In this document: positions 18,360 to 27,522 of the stretch, in pieces
Numbering within the stretch: the first letter of the stretch is position 1
Layout: every line of letters begins with the position of its first letter
From: a virus
Length of the DNA: 64,000 nucleotides
Virus record (IMG/VR): IMGVR_UViG_3300009159_000035
Reading direction: 5' to 3' (one strand)
Position numbers and translations under genes: made by a program
Notes under the pieces: generated by a model
What the model saw: the letters and a program-made list of their open reading frames with translations, nothing else
Database searches by the model: none
Told to the model about the DNA's origin: nothing

Positions 18360-18797
18360 TTAATGAGTTCCTGTTGAACCAAATCCGCCTTCTCCACGCT
18401 CAGTCATCTCAGAATAAAGCTCTTCAAGTGGAACGTCCTCAATTATATCATAAAATACTGGAACAAGTACAAACTGGATTAATTTTTGACCCGGAGTTAT
18501 GAGTTGGGCCTCGGTTCCAACATTAATCACATGGATATGAATTTCGCCTTGATAATCTTCATCACAGACTTCAGCCCCTTTAATTAATAACTGTTTGGTT
18601 GCAACGCCTGACTTGTTAAAGGCAGTTAACATATACCCAGTAGGAATATCGGCTTTAATACCAGTTGGAATTAGGGCAGAGTTCCCAGGAAGTAATGTTA
18701 GTTCCAAATAATCGTTTGGAACAAAAAAATCTATACCTGCAGATTTAGAAGTTCCTCTAGTTGGGATCTTAACGTCCCGAATTCTTGAAATTTTCAT
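18360..18797 (-). CDS. dut: Trimeric dUTPase
   Basis: SAGIDF, NKSG, DEDYQGEI, QKLIQF, RGEGGFGSTG. Confidence 0.95.
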   Translation of the reverse strand: MKISRIRDVKIPTRGTSKSAGIDFFVPNDYLELTLLPGNSALIPTGIKADIPTGYMLTAFNKSGVATKQLLIKGAEVCDEDYQGEIHIHVINVGTEAQLITPGQKLIQFVLVPVFYDIIEDVPLEELYSEMTERGEGGFGSTGTH

Positions 18798-18828
18798 TAA
18801 TTATTGGTTTTATATAGTATTACTTGTT

Positions 18829-18855
18829 CTTTTACCCCCAAAGTAAAAAAAGTTT
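18829..18855 (-). promoter_or_regulatory. Bipartite early/middle promoter
   Basis: AAACT-N15-GTAAAAG upstream of dut/polB. Confidence 0.7.
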
Positions 18856-18875
18856 AACTTTGGATACAATATTGC

Positions 18876-18949
18876 TGATAAATAACTTTATCAACTCGTA
18901 GACCGTTTTTAAATTTATGAATTTGGGACGAATGTGATAAATAAATAAC
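18876..18949 (+). promoter_or_regulatory. Tandem late promoters for the tail sheath
   Basis: TGATAAATAAC at 18876-18886 and TGATAAATAAATAAC at 18935-18949. Confidence 0.7.
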
Positions 18950-18971
18950 TTCAAAATAATACGCAAAAGCG

Positions 18972-21900
18972 ATGGCAGAAAAATTAAATCTGAACAGATT
19001 CAAATCAAGCGGAGTCTATACAGTAGAAATTGATGAGAGCTCTAACCTTTCATTACCTCTTTCAACTGGAAGATTGGTAATTGGCTCAAGTAAAAAAGGA
19101 CCAATCAATGCAGTAGTACTAGTTAATGACTTACGTACATTATCGGCAGTCTATGGTGATATTGACTCTAAATTAGAAAAAAATGGTAATTATTTTCATA
19201 GAACTATTCAGGTAGCACTAAGAAACGGACCAGTTTATGCACTAAATTTATTGCCAATTGCTGATTCGGATGTTGCTTATTTTACAACATTTAATACGGA
19301 AGCGGCTTCAAATAACTCAACATGGTCTGCTAGTTCTTATCAAAGCAGCATAGCTGATTTCTATAATACTCAAAAATTATGGTTTGCAGACGTTGATGCG
19401 GTTAACAAATATAAAAACTTAGCACTAGGCGATTCATTCCCAGCAACTGGAACAGTTGATAGAGATGCAAACAAATTATTAAGTTTAGTTAATCTATCTA
19501 AGAAGAATGTTACCTCATGGGCTAGAATAGCAGATACAACTGGATATGACATTAAAGTTAAAGAATATTATAAATTACTTGGCGATAAGGTTGAAGTTCC
19601 TGATTTCTTACACCCTGATGATTATGTTGCTGACTATTTTGTAGAACTATCAGTAGTTGAAGGAGATTGGTCAGATGCTCTTAGATTATCAAAAGACCCA
19701 ATTTACCAACAATATTTTAATGAAAGCGGTATTATTTTATCAAAAATGAACGATTTTCTATCATTAAAAGAAGTTACAGTAGTTAATCGTACAATTGGAG
19801 CAATTATTCCAGAATTTACAGACCTAACTGGAGCACCAGCTTCATTAGACGACTTATTCAATAATAAGTTCTCTCAATCTGGAGTTTATTGTGCTCTTGA
19901 CTATAAGAAAATTGATATGATTGATTTAGCAAACAATCCAGTATTTGATAGCGGTAGTGCAACTGAATCAATTGAATCACAAAGATTAGATTTAGTAGGT
20001 TATGGTTTTGATGAAATAGATTCTAGCGTTTATTCAGTAGATAGCGGTAATCCAGATTTATCAATTGATCCAGTTAAATTAATTGATGTATTAAGTTACA
20101 GAAAAACTGCTGGTTACGAATATTATTTTAATATTCCAACAACTTCACCTGATAACTACGATATTTTACCTGGAGCTGCTATTAATCCAGGAGAAATGTA
20201 TACAGTTAATCCAACTGGAACTAACAATAATTATATTATTGCAACAATAGGTAGTCCACTGTATAATGCATGGGCAAATGGATTTATTAAAACTGGAGAT
20301 ACTTTACTTACAGGATCTACTAGATACTTATCAACTGACGGAGTAGTTAAAACAGTTATGAACGGTTTGGTTAAAGTTAGTTATATTGAGTTTTACGCCT
20401 ATAGCGATTTGACTTATACTAACCAAGTTGATGCAGCCGCAATAACTAGTGGATCAAACAAATATTTACATATTAAGTCAGTAACGGTTACTGAATTTAA
20501 CTTTGACTTTGACTTAACTGATACTGATTATTTTATGTCAGGTTTTAGTTATTTTTCGCCTAACCGATTAGTATTTACACTAGCGCCTACTCTTTATGGA
20601 AATACCGCAAAGAAAGAAATAGCAAATGGAAATGCGGCATATGATGCAACTAAGAGAAGTAAAATTGAAGCCTTTATTAAAACTGGTCAATATGTTAAAG
20701 CTAGTATATTAACTGACTCAGATGGTGACCCAGTTATTCGTGAACGTTTATTAAGGATTAAAACAGTTTATGCAAGAAAAGTAAGTGTTACTTATTTAGG
20801 AGATCCTACTAACACTTTAGAATATACAATTACAGTAGACTCTCCATTAGATATAAATGTAACTGGAATCAATCTTACTGATTCAGTGTTAAAGGTATAT
20901 AAGGGAATTAAAAACTATGTAACTGATCTTAAAGGTTTTTATGTACCAGCAATATCGCTTGATGAAGTTGGTTTATATCCTAATGGAACATCTGCTCGTC
21001 AAGATAAGATTCTTGACTATATGTTTGAAAATACTAATATTGCAACAACCATTGCTGATAATGAGACCCTAAACTTCCGATATATTATCGATTCATTTGA
21101 AGGTCAAGTTGCACCTGCTTCTAAACAGCAACTTGCACAACTTGCAGCAAATCATGGAAAAGCCTTAGCTATTTGTAATGCTCCATCCTTTGCTCAATAT
21201 GAAAAATCAATTGACCCAAGTTTTATTGATTTTAATACTAACTTAGTATCAACTGAGTATATTTCAACTGGTGGTAACCTATCATCAAATCCTCAATTTA
21301 CATTTGGATTTGCAAGTGGAGATAAGAATGGTATTGCAATTGCATCTTATGCTGCATATTTTATGCCTAACTTAGTAATATTTGATAATGGTAGAAGTAA
21401 ATCTGTTCCACCTGCTGCATATATTGCAAATACATATATGAAAAAATATACAGGTGGAAATACTTTCTCAATTGTTGCAGGTAAACGCGGTATTATTACT
21501 GAGCCTGAAGTAACTGGAATAGAATATGATTTAACTAATGACGATAGAGATTATTTAGAACCAGTAGGTTTCAATATGATTGTTAGACGTAGAGGTTTCG
21601 GAGTAATGATTTTCTCAAATAACACAGGTTATCAAAGAGTAAGATCTGCACTTAATAATATCCACGTTAGAGAGGCATTAGTAACAATTGAAAGAGATAT
21701 TGAAAGAATCTTATTGAATTACCTATTTGAATTTAATGACACAACTACTAGACTAAGAGTTAAAACACTAGTTAAAAACTACTTAGAAGCAGTTCAAGAT
21801 GCTAGAGGTATTGCAACATTTGATGTAATATTTGATGATTCAAATAATGGTTCTGAGGTTCTTGAAAATAACGCTGGTGTAATTGATATTATTGTTGATT

Positions 21901-21998
21901 TCCCAAGAGGTATTCAAAAGTTCATCAACCGTATTACAATCACAAGAGCTGGAGGTCAATTGGCTTCTGCTTCTACTGGATTTACTCCTTCTTTCTAA
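18972..21998 (+). CDS. gp18: Contractile tail sheath protein (gp18-like) with a large insertion
   Basis: SSGVYTVEID, GSSKKGP, VPPAAY, VAGKRG, DRDYL, NIHVRE, YLFEFND, DDSNN...LENN; 1008 aa. Confidence 0.93.
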   Translation: MAEKLNLNRFKSSGVYTVEIDESSNLSLPLSTGRLVIGSSKKGPINAVVLVNDLRTLSAVYGDIDSKLEKNGNYFHRTIQVALRNGPVYALNLLPIADSDVAYFTTFNTEAASNNSTWSASSYQSSIADFYNTQKLWFADVDAVNKYKNLALGDSFPATGTVDRDANKLLSLVNLSKKNVTSWARIADTTGYDIKVKEYYKLLGDKVEVPDFLHPDDYVADYFVELSVVEGDWSDALRLSKDPIYQQYFNESGIILSKMNDFLSLKEVTVVNRTIGAIIPEFTDLTGAPASLDDLFNNKFSQSGVYCALDYKKIDMIDLANNPVFDSGSATESIESQRLDLVGYGFDEIDSSVYSVDSGNPDLSIDPVKLIDVLSYRKTAGYEYYFNIPTTSPDNYDILPGAAINPGEMYTVNPTGTNNNYIIATIGSPLYNAWANGFIKTGDTLLTGSTRYLSTDGVVKTVMNGLVKVSYIEFYAYSDLTYTNQVDAAAITSGSNKYLHIKSVTVTEFNFDFDLTDTDYFMSGFSYFSPNRLVFTLAPTLYGNTAKKEIANGNAAYDATKRSKIEAFIKTGQYVKASILTDSDGDPVIRERLLRIKTVYARKVSVTYLGDPTNTLEYTITVDSPLDINVTGINLTDSVLKVYKGIKNYVTDLKGFYVPAISLDEVGLYPNGTSARQDKILDYMFENTNIATTIADNETLNFRYIIDSFEGQVAPASKQQLAQLAANHGKALAICNAPSFAQYEKSIDPSFIDFNTNLVSTEYISTGGNLSSNPQFTFGFASGDKNGIAIASYAAYFMPNLVIFDNGRSKSVPPAAYIANTYMKKYTGGNTFSIVAGKRGIITEPEVTGIEYDLTNDDRDYLEPVGFNMIVRRRGFGVMIFSNNTGYQRVRSALNNIHVREALVTIERDIERILLNYLFEFNDTTTRLRVKTLVKNYLEAVQDARGIATFDVIFDDSNNGSEVLENNAGVIDIIVDFPRGIQKFINRITITRAGGQLASASTGFTPSF

Positions 21999-22018
21999 TT
22001 AAAAAGTTTAATACAAAT

Positions 22019-22046
22019 AAAAAGGACCTCAATGAGGTCCTTTTTT
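22019..22046. terminator. Bidirectional Rho-independent terminator
   Basis: AAAAAGGACCTC-aat-GAGGTCCTTTTTT between convergent genes. Confidence 0.9.
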
Positions 22047-22134
22047 GGGCCGACAGGATATGCCAGACATCCACCAATCGGTTTAGAGGTCCGATAACCT
22101 TATTTTAAAATAATAACCAAGCCGGCAGGTTAAT

Positions 22135-22422
22135 TTAATCTTTAATTAATTGTTTTTTTGCTTCGCATTTATCAATACGTGAATCAACGTAAGAGTGAAG
22201 CTGATCTATTCTTTGACCTGTTTGTTTATGCAAGTCATCGAATAAACGATGTGTATCTTGGAAGTTTTTATCCAATCTATTTTCTGCATGGCGCATGTGA
22301 TCTTCTATACTTTGTATTTGGTTTTGCTGTTTTAATACCTTCACAATACCCATAACAATAACGGTTAATATAATAACAGCTACTACAGAGAGTACTCCAA
22401 AAGTAAACGATAGTGTTTCCAT
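22135..22422 (-). CDS. Small membrane protein (one N-terminal TM helix plus coiled coil)
   Basis: Hydrophobic helix FTFGVLSVVAVIILTVIVMGIV followed by a heptad-like region. Confidence 0.75.
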   Translation of the reverse strand: METLSFTFGVLSVVAVIILTVIVMGIVKVLKQQNQIQSIEDHMRHAENRLDKNFQDTHRLFDDLHKQTGQRIDQLHSYVDSRIDKCEAKKQLIKD

Positions 22423-22494
22423 ATGTTTATTTTGTTTTTTTAGTTGCCGGCAAGGCTACCATTTAATCTTTAGTTGAGTCATTAGTCCAAGAAC

Positions 22495-23067
22495 TTAGTC
22501 TGCGATATCCATAATGTCTTCAAGAACTCTAATTGAGTCAGTTGAGTCATTATGTAAAATACCAGTTCCACCGGCATCAGTCCATTTATTTAGCTTAGTA
22601 TCAAAGTCATCAATTAAAATGTCAAATTTATCTCTGGCATATTTCCATTTGTCTTGATCTAACACTATTCTGGTTTTACTTGTGAAGTCTTCAGGTTTAG
22701 TAACCGGTTCTTCATCAATATGCAGGTGTAATTTAATCCATTTTGCTTTACCAGCTAAACATTCAGCACTTCTGCTTGGAGCAGATAGAATAATTGGATC
22801 GTATTGTTTTAAATAGTCCCATAATTCTCTACCATCTGGTGTCCATGGTAAATCTGCCCAAAAATCTTCGCCTAATTTATCTAGGATTGGCCAAATTGAA
22901 TTTTTGCCGTGCAGCTCCTCATATGCATGCGGAGAAAGTTTTTCAGGATTTTCTGAAATTTCCATAAAGCCTCGGTTAAAGTCTACTAAGACTCCGTCTA
23001 GGTCGCAAAAAATTGTATATTTTCCGCCTCTTTTTTCAAAGATGAATTGTTTAAATTTCTTAAGCAT
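22495..23067 (-). CDS. HAD-family 5'(3')-deoxyribonucleotidase (NT5C-like) with capsid-targeting-like leader
   Basis: IFCDLDGVLVDF, FWADLPW, ILSAP, GKAKW, ILIDD, GGTGILH. Start is ATG 23067 (MLKKFKQFIFE), overlapping the groES stop. Confidence 0.88.
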   Translation of the reverse strand: MLKKFKQFIFEKRGGKYTIFCDLDGVLVDFNRGFMEISENPEKLSPHAYEELHGKNSIWPILDKLGEDFWADLPWTPDGRELWDYLKQYDPIILSAPSRSAECLAGKAKWIKLHLHIDEEPVTKPEDFTSKTRIVLDQDKWKYARDKFDILIDDFDTKLNKWTDAGGTGILHNDSTDSIRVLEDIMDIAD

Positions 23068-23392
23068 TTTCTTTAAGTTCAAATTGAGTATCTTGATCTT
23101 TGTTAATTATGGCCAAAAGATCATTTGCCATTACTAAATGGTAACCAATACCGTCCCAGGTTACATCAAGTCCTGAATATCTTTGGTATAGAACTTTATC
23201 CCCTGCCTTAACTGGGCATTTTGAATTATTTGCAACAGAATGTCCAACTGAGATTACTTTTCCAGTATTTGGACGCTTGCGTGCATCAACTGATAAAATA
23301 ATACCAGTTTCAGTTTTTTTCTCTACTGTATCTGGTAAAATTAGAAGCCTTTCAAATAGTGGCATAAAGCCTTTTGTTATATCAACGCTCAT
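23060..23392 (-). CDS. groES: Co-chaperonin GroES
   Basis: PLFERLLI, mobile loop KTETGIIL, GKVISVG, VKAGDKVLY, DLLAII. Confidence 0.93.
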   Translation of the reverse strand: MSVDITKGFMPLFERLLILPDTVEKKTETGIILSVDARKRPNTGKVISVGHSVANNSKCPVKAGDKVLYQRYSGLDVTWDGIGYHLVMANDLLAIINKDQDTQFELKENA

Positions 23393-24504
23393 TAGTATTT
23401 ATAATTTTTTTTAAATTTGTAATAATTGAATTTACGACGAGCTGTTAAATCCACATTTGCTTTTATTGCATCTAATACATCAGTTGGAAAAAGCTTTGTA
23501 CTTAATCTTACTAATGTCTTATTGCGATGGATGTTATTCTCAATCGTCTGCCATTCACCAGGTTCCTTTATCTTTAGAGTATCACATGTTATTTCACGCA
23601 TTACATCAAGGAACCCAGAATCACCTAAATCGATTAATTCTTTAACGTCAGACCACTCATAGGATTCTCTAACATGCTCTATTATTTTAGATACTTTAGA
23701 AGCTGTCATTTTTGGATGAACTCTTGGAATATTATCAGAACTGTCTCCAGCTAAACACTTTGTTAAAATATCTAGGGTTGGATCAATTGTTAAGTGCTGA
23801 TAGTCTTTTTGAGTTAAGTCATTTATTATATTAATAACAGCTGAGTTATCAATTGACTCAATATCAAAATCAAATAAATTAACTTCTGCAGGAGTTTCAT
23901 CTTTACCAAAATCAGCAGTTGTATAAATCTTTTTATACTTTGTCATTTGTTTTGGCATAATTAAAATAACTTTGCGTTTATTACTTTCTAATAATTGAGT
24001 TAAGTCTTTATCAACTGACCAAATACAAATATCTTCTTTTAGATTTTCGCAAATGTAAGCAATTAGATCATCACCTTCTGCTCCAGGAACACGATTAACC
24101 ACAACTCCATATTCATCAGAGATTATATTAAGAATCTCAGTCTGGAAGTATTCAAAAAATAGATAAATTTTATCATCGTATTTTCGTTGACCTTTATAAT
24201 TAAAGTCTCCTTCTCCATGTGTTTCAAAATGTTCCTTAATATATTTTTTTCTCCAACTCTTAGAGTCAAATACAAAAAATACAGATTGGATATTTTCCTT
24301 AAATGGAGCAAGGATACTTCCAAAATAATTTGTTGAAAATGATTTAAACGAATCTTTACTACCCTGTTTAAGAATAAAGTTATCGTCGTTTAATAAATCA
24401 GCAACGTAATACTTTTCACCAATTCTCTTATCGTTTGCAAGAATGTTTTTAACAATACTTACTGCCACGTTTAAAAAAGCATTTCCGTCTATGATTAGAT
24501 TCAT
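23392..24504 (-). CDS. rnh: T4 RNase H-like 5'-3' exonuclease/flap endonuclease
   Basis: LIIDGN, FVFDSKSWRK, YKGQR, EGDDLIA, SVDKDLTQL, GDSSDNIP. Confidence 0.9.
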   Translation of the reverse strand: MNLIIDGNAFLNVAVSIVKNILANDKRIGEKYYVADLLNDDNFILKQGSKDSFKSFSTNYFGSILAPFKENIQSVFFVFDSKSWRKKYIKEHFETHGEGDFNYKGQRKYDDKIYLFFEYFQTEILNIISDEYGVVVNRVPGAEGDDLIAYICENLKEDICIWSVDKDLTQLLESNKRKVILIMPKQMTKYKKIYTTADFGKDETPAEVNLFDFDIESIDNSAVINIINDLTQKDYQHLTIDPTLDILTKCLAGDSSDNIPRVHPKMTASKVSKIIEHVRESYEWSDVKELIDLGDSGFLDVMREITCDTLKIKEPGEWQTIENNIHRNKTLVRLSTKLFPTDVLDAIKANVDLTARRKFNYYKFKKNYKY

Positions 24505-24505
24505 T

Positions 24506-24784
24506 TTAATTAGTGGGTTGTTTAGGAACTTGTAGTTTCTTTATTGCTTTTAAAATAAGTTCAGATTCTTCTAGTGTAAATATTCCTTTAGCTTGGCAGT
24601 GGTTAGCTGATGCTACTAAAATAAGAACTGCGTGTTCTGGAGTTAAATTTACCAAAAAGTTTTCGTAATCTTCAAGGTTAGTATAACTAATTGAAGAAAG
24701 TAGAGTAGCTATTGGAGCGGCCTCAGGTTGATTTGCGTCAACCTGAGGAGCTTCAACTACTGGTGGTGTTTTTGATTTTGCCAT
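24506..24784 (-). CDS. Hypothetical protein
   Basis: 92-aa ORF packed between gp32 and rnh. Confidence 0.65.
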   Translation of the reverse strand: MAKSKTPPVVEAPQVDANQPEAAPIATLLSSISYTNLEDYENFLVNLTPEHAVLILVASANHCQAKGIFTLEESELILKAIKKLQVPKQPTN

Positions 24785-24803
24785 TTTGTAGTTTAATTAT
24801 TTT

Positions 24804-25850
24804 TTATAAAGATGCAAATAAATCATCTAAGTCATCTGCTTTTGGAGCAGCTGCTTTAGCTGTAGGTTTAACGGCTGGTGCAGACATTTCAAAGTCATCG
24901 TCTAAACTAATTGATGAGCTTACATTTTTTACTGCTGGAGCTGGGGTAAATTCAATATCTTCGCCAAGTGGTGCTTGTGTTCTAGCTATTGGAGCAGATA
25001 ATTTAAAGTGTTTCTTCATTCTTTCATCTTTAGTATTTGCAACTAAATTGTCAATGATTTGTTTGTAAGGAATAATTGCTTTAATATAGTCAGCAACTTT
25101 TTCGTATTCAACATCAGTCCAATCCTTTAAGAAATATTGACTCATATCTGGCGAATTCTTTTTAAAGTATTCACTTACAAATTGCATAACCTTAGGTTCA
25201 GTAGATACTGGAATTTCTTTACCTTGAGTTGAGATAATTAATGGGCTAACTTCATTCATGAATTTACTAGCACTAAAATCTCTCCATGCTTTAGTCTTAC
25301 GCTTAATAACCAAAACAAAATCTTTACCAGTAGTAAGTGAAAATGGATTGATTTTTTGAGTAGTAACTAATTCCTGTTCAGGATTAATTTCCTGTTGGAT
25401 TAAGTTATCAATTGTATATCCGTAAGAATATATTTTAATTTTACCTTCCATTGTAGGAAATTGTGGATCCTTCTTGATATAAACACAAGAATAATAATTG
25501 TAATAACGATTAAAATACTTTTGAATCTCTTCAACAATTGAAGGCTCTTCGTTTTTCAATCGCTTTAATTCAAGATCAAGCGTCCAAAGAATTGATGATG
25601 CTCCTGTCGTTGATGGACAATCTACATACAACTTTTCGTTGGTTAAAGGGTTTATTAATTTAGCTGCGTATTTTTTATAGCGGCTCTTAGTTGGATCGGT
25701 TACCCAAGGGATAAAACGAATAACTGATTTGTAAATACCGTTTTGACCTTGGTCTGGACCGGGATTGTACACGTTGTCGTCGACTTTGCGACCAGCTGAT
25801 GATGATTTACCTGAGAAATCATCGAGATTAAGATTGAATAGATCTTCCAT
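24804..25850 (-). CDS. gp32: Single-stranded DNA-binding protein (gp32-like)
   Basis: SVIRFIP, CPST, KKDPQFPTMEGKIKIY, PFSLTTGKDFVL, acidic tail DDLDDLFASL. Confidence 0.9.
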   Translation of the reverse strand: MEDLFNLNLDDFSGKSSSAGRKVDDNVYNPGPDQGQNGIYKSVIRFIPWVTDPTKSRYKKYAAKLINPLTNEKLYVDCPSTTGASSILWTLDLELKRLKNEEPSIVEEIQKYFNRYYNYYSCVYIKKDPQFPTMEGKIKIYSYGYTIDNLIQQEINPEQELVTTQKINPFSLTTGKDFVLVIKRKTKAWRDFSASKFMNEVSPLIISTQGKEIPVSTEPKVMQFVSEYFKKNSPDMSQYFLKDWTDVEYEKVADYIKAIIPYKQIIDNLVANTKDERMKKHFKLSAPIARTQAPLGEDIEFTPAPAVKNVSSSISLDDDFEMSAPAVKPTAKAAAPKADDLDDLFASL

Positions 25851-25880
25851 ATTGTTTATAATGTTTAATAATTTAATAGA

Positions 25881-25907
25881 ATTGTACTAAATAAATGTGA
25901 AGAGTTT
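25881..25907 (-). promoter_or_regulatory. Bipartite early/middle promoter
   Basis: AAACT-N15-GTACAAT upstream of gp32. Confidence 0.72.
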
Positions 25908-25909
25908 TG

Positions 25910-25942
25910 AAAAAAAAAGGACGAGTTGTAAAACCCGTCCTT
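25910..25942 (-). terminator. Terminator after the Hc1-like gene
   Basis: On the - strand, AAGGACGGGTT-ttac-AACTCGTCCTT plus a T-tract. Confidence 0.85.
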
Positions 25943-25966
25943 AAATGTGAACTTTTAGTCTAAAAA

Positions 25967-26158
25967 TTAAGCTTTAGTATCAACTTTAGATTCTTGAACG
26001 TGAGTTCGGCCTTCTTGACAAAGTGCTTTAATGTCTTGAAGAACTTTACGAGTTCTAGTTCCAGCTGATTTATTTCCTTTTTCGTAGAATTTTCCAGCTT
26101 CTGCTTCTAATTGAGAAACTTGTTCCTTTAGCGATGTTAACCATGTAGGTGTTGTCAT
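25967..26158 (-). CDS. Histone H1-like protein (Hc1 family)
   Basis: KFYEKGNKSAGTRTRKVLQDIKALCQEGR matches the Hc1-family (Chlamydia/Bacteroidota) core GNKxAxxRxR. Has its own promoter and terminator. Confidence 0.85.
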   Translation of the reverse strand: MTTPTWLTSLKEQVSQLEAEAGKFYEKGNKSAGTRTRKVLQDIKALCQEGRTHVQESKVDTKA

Positions 26159-26178
26159 AATTTCAAATATTTTTTTAT

Positions 26179-26205
26179 CTTATATTTGAGAAATCCACCC
26201 GGTTT
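26179..26205 (-). promoter_or_regulatory. Bipartite early/middle promoter
   Basis: AAACC-N15-ATATAAG upstream of the Hc1-like gene. Confidence 0.62.
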
Positions 26206-26211
26206 TAAATA

Positions 26212-26937
26212 TTAGTGATATTTGTTTGAAAATTTAGCTGCTGGGTATACCTTTTTAGCAAAAGCTATCCAAGAAGTCATAACTTTGTCAGCTTCAAGTT
26301 GAGAAATTACCTCTGTCTCAATAAATGGCTGTAAATATTCTGTAAACTCCTGATCGAGCGGTACTCGTTTCTTTTTAGCTGATGCATACATACCTGCAAC
26401 CATTGCTGGAATTTCATCAGATAATAAAAAGTAACGATAATTATTTTGAGCATCAGCTCTTACTGATTTTCTGGTATTAATAATATGCCCACTTTTTTTA
26501 TTTATGCCTTTTTGCAAAAGGTGTTCAAGTTCATGTCGTATATTATCAATTAATTTATAATTTAATACTGGATAACATTGAGGTTCTGCCTCTGGGCTAA
26601 TATAAACAACTACTTCAATTTCAGGGTCAACTAACTCAGTTACCTTTGGAATAAATGAATTTGCATCTATTGCAAAACCTTTATTTTCAAAATTAATTAC
26701 CTCCCAAGGAAGTCCACTAAACTCTTTAGATTTAGCTGGCTCAAATTCTTCAACTCTAACTATTTTAATAGATAGCGTAAATTCAAGTGGATTACTATAT
26801 TCAAATTCTTTAAATATTTCTTTACCTATCTTAGAACCAGCAGTTTTCTTAACTACACTAAATAAATCTTTAGCAAAAACTGATGCAAGCGAATCGTATT
26901 TTGATTCAAATATAAATTGTGAAAACCTTTTTATCAT
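26212..26937 (-). CDS. Putative zincin (HExxH) metallopeptidase-like protein with capsid-targeting leader
   Basis: Leader MIKRFSQFIFE; IRHELEHLLQ with a downstream YFLLSDEIPA as candidate third ligand. Confidence 0.7.
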   Translation of the reverse strand: MIKRFSQFIFESKYDSLASVFAKDLFSVVKKTAGSKIGKEIFKEFEYSNPLEFTLSIKIVRVEEFEPAKSKEFSGLPWEVINFENKGFAIDANSFIPKVTELVDPEIEVVVYISPEAEPQCYPVLNYKLIDNIRHELEHLLQKGINKKSGHIINTRKSVRADAQNNYRYFLLSDEIPAMVAGMYASAKKKRVPLDQEFTEYLQPFIETEVISQLEADKVMTSWIAFAKKVYPAAKFSNKYH

Positions 26938-27503
26938 TTTTTAGGTTTAATAAAATTTACTTCTAATTGATTGGTTGATGGTGATAATTTAGCATCAAAC
27001 TCTATATCAATATCGCCTTTATCAATACCTAATTTTTTAGCAGACATTGAAGATTTTAATTTATCATAAACTTCTTTATCTAAAAATCCTTCACCTCTAA
27101 GTGCATCAACAATTTCAGCTTTCTTTGAATCAAATTTATTATCAGTTATCCACTTATCTAAATCAGCCTGTTTAAGTTGGTATTCTTTATATCTTTTAAC
27201 ACCGCCGCCTCCAGTATATTGAGAATGCCATTTTTTATCAGCATCAATTAACACTAGATTAATATCGCCAGTTTGACCGGCGGTTGGAGCTGGTACATTT
27301 GGGTCTGGCGGTAATTCAGCAGTTGCAAATGGATCAGTTTGAGTTGTATCGGTTGAAGGTGGAACCGTGGTGTCAGTTGTAACCGTGGTGTCAGTTGTAA
27401 CTGGAGTTTCAGTTGCTGCCGGTGGCTCAACTGGTGGCGGAGTAGAAACAAGTTCATCTGCTTCTAGTAATAACTTAAATTGGCTAAAGTCTAGGATTTG
27501 CAT
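26934..27503 (-). CDS. Hypothetical internal head protein with a Pro/Thr linker
   Basis: Leader MQILDFSQFKLLLE; 18-nt duplication TTDTTV x2; late promoter upstream. Confidence 0.7.
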   Translation of the reverse strand: MQILDFSQFKLLLEADELVSTPPPVEPPAATETPVTTDTTVTTDTTVPPSTDTTQTDPFATAELPPDPNVPAPTAGQTGDINLVLIDADKKWHSQYTGGGGVKRYKEYQLKQADLDKWITDNKFDSKKAEIVDALRGEGFLDKEVYDKLKSSMSAKKLGIDKGDIDIEFDAKLSPSTNQLEVNFIKPKK

Positions 27504-27522
27504 AAATATAGTAATTGTTATG

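Noticed and set aside
22047-22134. tRNA in the GC-rich gap
   Set aside because: No cloverleaf, no GTTCRA T-loop and no CCA; kept only as a possible structured element.
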